Below, piece after piece: positions 60,600-64,000 of a stretch of 64,000 nt of DNA (position 1 is its first letter; each line of letters starts with the position of its first letter). A program made the position numbers and the translations under genes. The notes below the pieces were generated by a model. That model was not told the origin of the DNA. It did not search any database and worked only from the letters and a program-made list of their open reading frames with translations. This stretch comes from Candidatus Syntrophosphaera sp. (GTDB taxonomy: Bacteria > Cloacimonadota > Cloacimonadia > Cloacimonadales > Cloacimonadaceae), in the NCBI GenBank assembly GCA_019429425.1, contig JAHYIU010000002.1, positions 185 to 64,184 on the forward strand, written 5' to 3'.

Positions 60600-63131
60600 C
60601 TATTTTAGCAGGATCATCTTCTTCGTGGACCTGTAGCCGCCAGCGCTCATCCGCAGTTGGTAGATCCCGCTGGATACGGGTTCCCCGCTGTGATCCAGGC
60701 CCTGCCAGAGGATGGAGTGATTTCCGACTTCCTGCCATGCGTCAACCAGGGTGGCCACCAATTGGCCCTTCAGGTTGAAGACCTGCAGAGTTGCCCGGGA
60801 GGCCTCTTTCAGGCTGTATGTGACCGTGGTTTCAGGATTGAAGGGGTTCGGATAGTTGCCGTGCAGCGCGGTTACTGCCACCGGCGCGATCGGGTCCTCA
60901 TTGGCGGTCCCGGGTGGCAGTTGGAAATTCAGGGTGGTGGTCTGCCCAACCACGACCAGAACGTTGTCCTGGGTGACGGACTGATAGTTCGGATGGCTGG
61001 CCGTGACGCTGTGCGCGCCGCTTTCCACCAGCATGCTGTAAGCCCCGCTGGCATTGGTGGTGGCGCTCACATCTCCGCAAGAGACGGTGGCATCCATGAT
61101 CGGGGCGTTTTGCAGGCTGCGCACGATCCCGGCGATCGTTCCGACCGGCGTGACCTTGGTCAGTGGATTGGAAAATGCCGGATCTGAAAGCACTCCGTTG
61201 ATGTAGACCGATTTCACCGCCCAATAGTAGGTTCCATCCGGAACGGCATACCATCCCGTGTCCGTGAAGGTCGTCTCGGTGATGGTTCCAGGGGTCAGGT
61301 TCACCCAGAGGGCCTCGTTGTTGGCCTGGCCTTGCAGGAAGCGCCAGACCTGGTAAGCCGTTATGCGCTCAGGTTCAGGATCGGTCAGGGCCAGAGGCGT
61401 GAACGAAGTCAGCGCGGCGGGAGGATTGAGGCCCACGTAGCCCTGGATGTTCCAATTGAAGTCGCAATAGGCGTTCACGGAGAGCAGGGTGGTCCAACTG
61501 CCCTGCCAATGGATCATGTTGCCAAAGCCATCCACCGCCGGACCGTAATCCATTCCCGCGTAGGCGGGATTTACTCCCGTCACGTCGCACAGGAAGCCGA
61601 ACCACAGCTCTTCCGTGCCCGTGACCGGAATAGGAAAATCCAGCAAGACAGTATTGTAGGAATTGAGGACCGGGATGATGGGCTGGTCCACCACCATCAT
61701 GCCAGGGGCGAAAGCGTCTCCACCGGTCCAGACCCGGACAGAGAAATTTCCCCCCATGGCTGGCCAGATCCGGACCGCCTGCAAAAAACCGCCGGCATAG
61801 TCGGCCAATGCGGCTGGCGGAAAGCGGATCGCCACGTCAAAACTGAGCGAGCCCGCGGTACCGAAGGAGGTGTTGTTCTCCCCGCTGTCGTAATGCAGCC
61901 AGCCTTCCAGCGCCACATTCGGTTCCTCCCAGGCCAGGTCCACGGAGTTTCCATTGGCGGATTCCGCCGCCACCACATTCTGCGGAGGATAGGCAATCTC
62001 GCTCAGGACAATGTCGCCCAGGTCATAGTTTACCGCGCCGACAGAAAACTCTCCCGTGGCATTCTGATATCCGGATGCGCCAATGTTGTAATTGTATGTC
62101 TGGCTGGCATATACCCCGGGTATGCTGAAAGACCCCGTCGCGTCGCTGGTGGCTGAATACTCCGCGTAGCCTGCGATGCTGACCTGCGCGTTGGCCAAAC
62201 CCTCTGTGGGCGCGTCACTGCCCACAGCCCGGCCGCTCACAGTGATCTGGGGAAGCGGAGCCAGAACGAAATCCTGGGTGGTGGTTTGCCCTTCCGCGAT
62301 CGTAACCGTATGGCTTACAGCCGGGTAGCCTGTTTTGGAGGCAGTGGCCTGATAGGTCCCCGCAGGCACGTAGGGAAAGTCGTAATTCCCGTCCGCGCCG
62401 GTGGTGAAACTGAAATTGGTGTTCTGGATCGTGACCGTCGCGCCGGAGAGAGGCGATCCCCCGGAACTGACATTCCCCAACAGCGCTCCGCGGCCGGATA
62501 CGTCAACAAAGAACGTGGTTTTGGGAAACTGGCCCGTGACCCCGGTCGTGGGGGGATTATCCGGATTGATGGGTGTATTGTGGTTATAGGTGTTGAGGGA
62601 GCGGTTAGAGCCCACGGTTTGGGCTTGGAACAGGTCCAGGGAAAAGTAGTAATCGTCATCCCAGGGCCGGAAGGCCATCAGCACGAGATTTCCGCCGCCG
62701 TAAGTATAAGGCGTATTGAGGTTTATCGTGATCTCGTTGATTCCGGCAGGATAATCGACATTGCCGGAAAACACCTGCGTGAGCTGGCTGGCAGGGATCC
62801 AGCCGTTGGCCAAGTCCGTCAGATAGGTCTCGCCCAGCCAGATCTGGGTGGGTTTGTTGGGAATGTTGGTGTAGAAATTATTGTAGAAGCGGATGGCCGT
62901 GATCTCTCCACTGACGTTCATTTCGCTGGCCAGATAGATGGTCTCGAACAGGCTGGTGCGGTAATACATGTTGACCGGGATCTGGGCTTGCTGGTCTCCG
63001 CTGCCAATGGTAACGGAGATTATCTCGCGTGTGGATCCGCCCCCGTCAGAAAACGGCTCATCCGGAGCTGCGGTGGCAAAAATCGCTCCCAGCGCCAGTA
63101 TCAGCGCCAGTGCAACAACCAAGCTTTTCAT
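60600..63131 (-). CDS. Large secreted surface protein with carboxypeptidase-regulatory-like (CarboxypepD_reg) beta-sandwich modules and T9SS C-terminal sorting domain
   Basis: Start trimmed to MKSLVVALALILALGAIFATA, with AGGAG 8 nt upstream. Three modules of type GATVTIQNTNFSFTTGADGNYDF..VPAGTYQATASKTGY. C-terminus is NYPNPFNPETTVTY...GIYQLRM...KKMILLK. Confidence 0.75.
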   Translation of the reverse strand: MKSLVVALALILALGAIFATAAPDEPFSDGGGSTREIISVTIGSGDQQAQIPVNMYYRTSLFETIYLASEMNVSGEITAIRFYNNFYTNIPNKPTQIWLGETYLTDLANGWIPASQLTQVFSGNVDYPAGINEITINLNTPYTYGGGNLVLMAFRPWDDDYYFSLDLFQAQTVGSNRSLNTYNHNTPINPDNPPTTGVTGQFPKTTFFVDVSGRGALLGNVSSGGSPLSGATVTIQNTNFSFTTGADGNYDFPYVPAGTYQATASKTGYPAVSHTVTIAEGQTTTQDFVLAPLPQITVSGRAVGSDAPTEGLANAQVSIAGYAEYSATSDATGSFSIPGVYASQTYNYNIGASGYQNATGEFSVGAVNYDLGDIVLSEIAYPPQNVVAAESANGNSVDLAWEEPNVALEGWLHYDSGENNTSFGTAGSLSFDVAIRFPPAALADYAGGFLQAVRIWPAMGGNFSVRVWTGGDAFAPGMMVVDQPIIPVLNSYNTVLLDFPIPVTGTEELWFGFLCDVTGVNPAYAGMDYGPAVDGFGNMIHWQGSWTTLLSVNAYCDFNWNIQGYVGLNPPAALTSFTPLALTDPEPERITAYQVWRFLQGQANNEALWVNLTPGTITETTFTDTGWYAVPDGTYYWAVKSVYINGVLSDPAFSNPLTKVTPVGTIAGIVRSLQNAPIMDATVSCGDVSATTNASGAYSMLVESGAHSVTASHPNYQSVTQDNVLVVVGQTTTLNFQLPPGTANEDPIAPVAVTALHGNYPNPFNPETTVTYSLKEASRATLQVFNLKGQLVATLVDAWQEVGNHSILWQGLDHSGEPVSSGIYQLRMSAGGYRSTKKMILLK

Positions 63132-63445
63132 GGTCATACTCCTTGTTTCTATCTGTTCTCCGCAATCCCCGCATACTGACATCTGGAAAACAATGCCCAT
63201 TGACAAATGAAGATGACTGTGTTTTTCTGTAAAGCTTTTTTTATCCAAATCAATACTACCTTAGGTTCCTGAGACACGCGCAAGAGTTGAAAGCAAGATC
63301 GATTGTCAACTGGCCAGAACCGGAAAATTCGGAAAAGGGCCGCGCAAGCCGAAAAAACTTGCCAGGAATTGCGTCTTGCAGTTCAAGGTATCTTGCATCA
63401 CAAAGTGACATAAGAAGCTTTTTTACAAAGGAGTTGAAAGCAAGC

Positions 63446-63907
63446 ATGGACCTTCAGTCAAACTTGGTAAGGATCGCCAGTCTGGACAGCGTGGCCAACA
63501 ATCCCGCCCGGCTGATGATCCTCTTTCTGCTGGAGCGACACCCAAGCCTTGATTATACTGGCTTGATGGAACTGACCAGGCTCAGCTCCGGAAATCTCAC
63601 CACCCACCTGGCCAAACTGGTCCAAGCGAAGTACATTGCCAGGAGAAAGAGCTTTTTGAACAACAAACCCCATACCTCATACAAGCTGACGGAGAAAGGC
63701 AGAAACGCCTATGAGCGCTGGGGCGAACAGATCCTTTACGCTTTGCCCCAAAAGCAGCAAAACGGTCTGAGGGAGCAGGCCGGGCAGATAGCATACACTC
63801 TGAACCACTATCCGCATTGGTTCTGGGACGTGGACCTGCGCTCCCGGTTTTCCTCCACCCAGGGCGGCATGAACCTGCTGCCGCCCCTGAGCGGAATTCT
63901 CAACTAA
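63446..63907 (+). CDS. Winged-helix (ArsR/MarR-like) transcriptional regulator
   Basis: Start trimmed to MDLQSNLVRIASL, after AAAGGAG. wHTH region is NPARLMILFLLERHPSLDYTGLMELTRLSSGNLTTHLAKLVQAKYIARRKSF. Confidence 0.65.
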   Translation: MDLQSNLVRIASLDSVANNPARLMILFLLERHPSLDYTGLMELTRLSSGNLTTHLAKLVQAKYIARRKSFLNNKPHTSYKLTEKGRNAYERWGEQILYALPQKQQNGLREQAGQIAYTLNHYPHWFWDVDLRSRFSSTQGGMNLLPPLSGILN

Positions 63908-63944
63908 TTATGGCACAAAAACATATCTTGGCAAAGGAGAACTT

Positions 63945-64000
63945 ATGATCGACAAACTCAAACAAACGCTGGAAAAGATCCAGGCGGATTATGCCGATCT
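63945..64000 (+). CDS. 5' end of an unidentified CDS running off the window
   Basis: ATG 6 nt after AAAGGAGAA, open to the window end (MIDKLKQTLEKIQADYADL...). Confidence 0.3.
   Translation, partial: MIDKLKQTLEKIQADYAD

Overview
This 64-kb window comes from a moderately GC-rich bacterium. Many of its secreted proteins end in a T9SS type-A C-terminal sorting domain (NYPNPFNP-x-T ... YFYRL ... KMLLLK). Together with an [FeFe]-hydrogenase, this suggests an anaerobic FCB-superphylum-like organism; Cloacimonadota-like is only a guess.

Layout:
1. 0.27-27.5 kb: a large beta-1,3-glucan (laminarin-type) utilization locus. A minus-strand operon encodes a GH16 lipoprotein, a GPH/MFS symporter, GH30, GH17, two multi-CBM glycan-binding proteins, a putative glucan phosphorylase and a cytoplasmic GH3. 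A divergent GntR/LacI-hybrid regulator is followed by a plus-strand operon: a GH-barrel fusion protein, a small lipoprotein, a GH16 with T9SS CTD, a clan GH-A hydrolase, and a CBM plus GH16-like protein. No SusC/SusD or TonB-dependent transporter is present.
2. comM/yifB.
3. 29.5-44.8 kb: secreted and surface proteins. These include a repeat protein, a beta-helix protein, a PD40 propeller lipoprotein, an alpha/beta hydrolase, two giant tandem beta-helix paralogs (1573 and 1113 aa) and an FG-GAP/VCBS propeller.
4. 45.9-53.7 kb: a Pho module, phoB-phoR-sigma factor followed by porin-pstSCAB-phoU.
5. A protein with tandem class III cyclase domains, a STAND ATPase and TPR repeats.
6. A monomeric [FeFe]-hydrogenase, a UDG-like protein, a large T9SS surface protein and a wHTH regulator.

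I recognised no rRNA, tRNA, CRISPR array, transposase or integrase.

Most notable observations:
- A glycoside-hydrolase domain is fused to a long C-terminal region that looks like an outer-membrane barrel, and a small lipoprotein gene follows it. This may be a SusCD-independent glycan capture/import device.
- Two families of 90-115-nt hairpin elements are each built from 11-nt tandem units with a CGCCCTCC/GGAGGGCG outer clamp. Each family occurs as a direct pair that brackets a functional module (the glucan locus; the Pho-cyclase module).
- The GPH transporter carries a ~175-aa periplasmic insertion.
- Both glucan operons share one promoter-operator architecture.

All family assignments are from motif recognition by eye; no searches were run.
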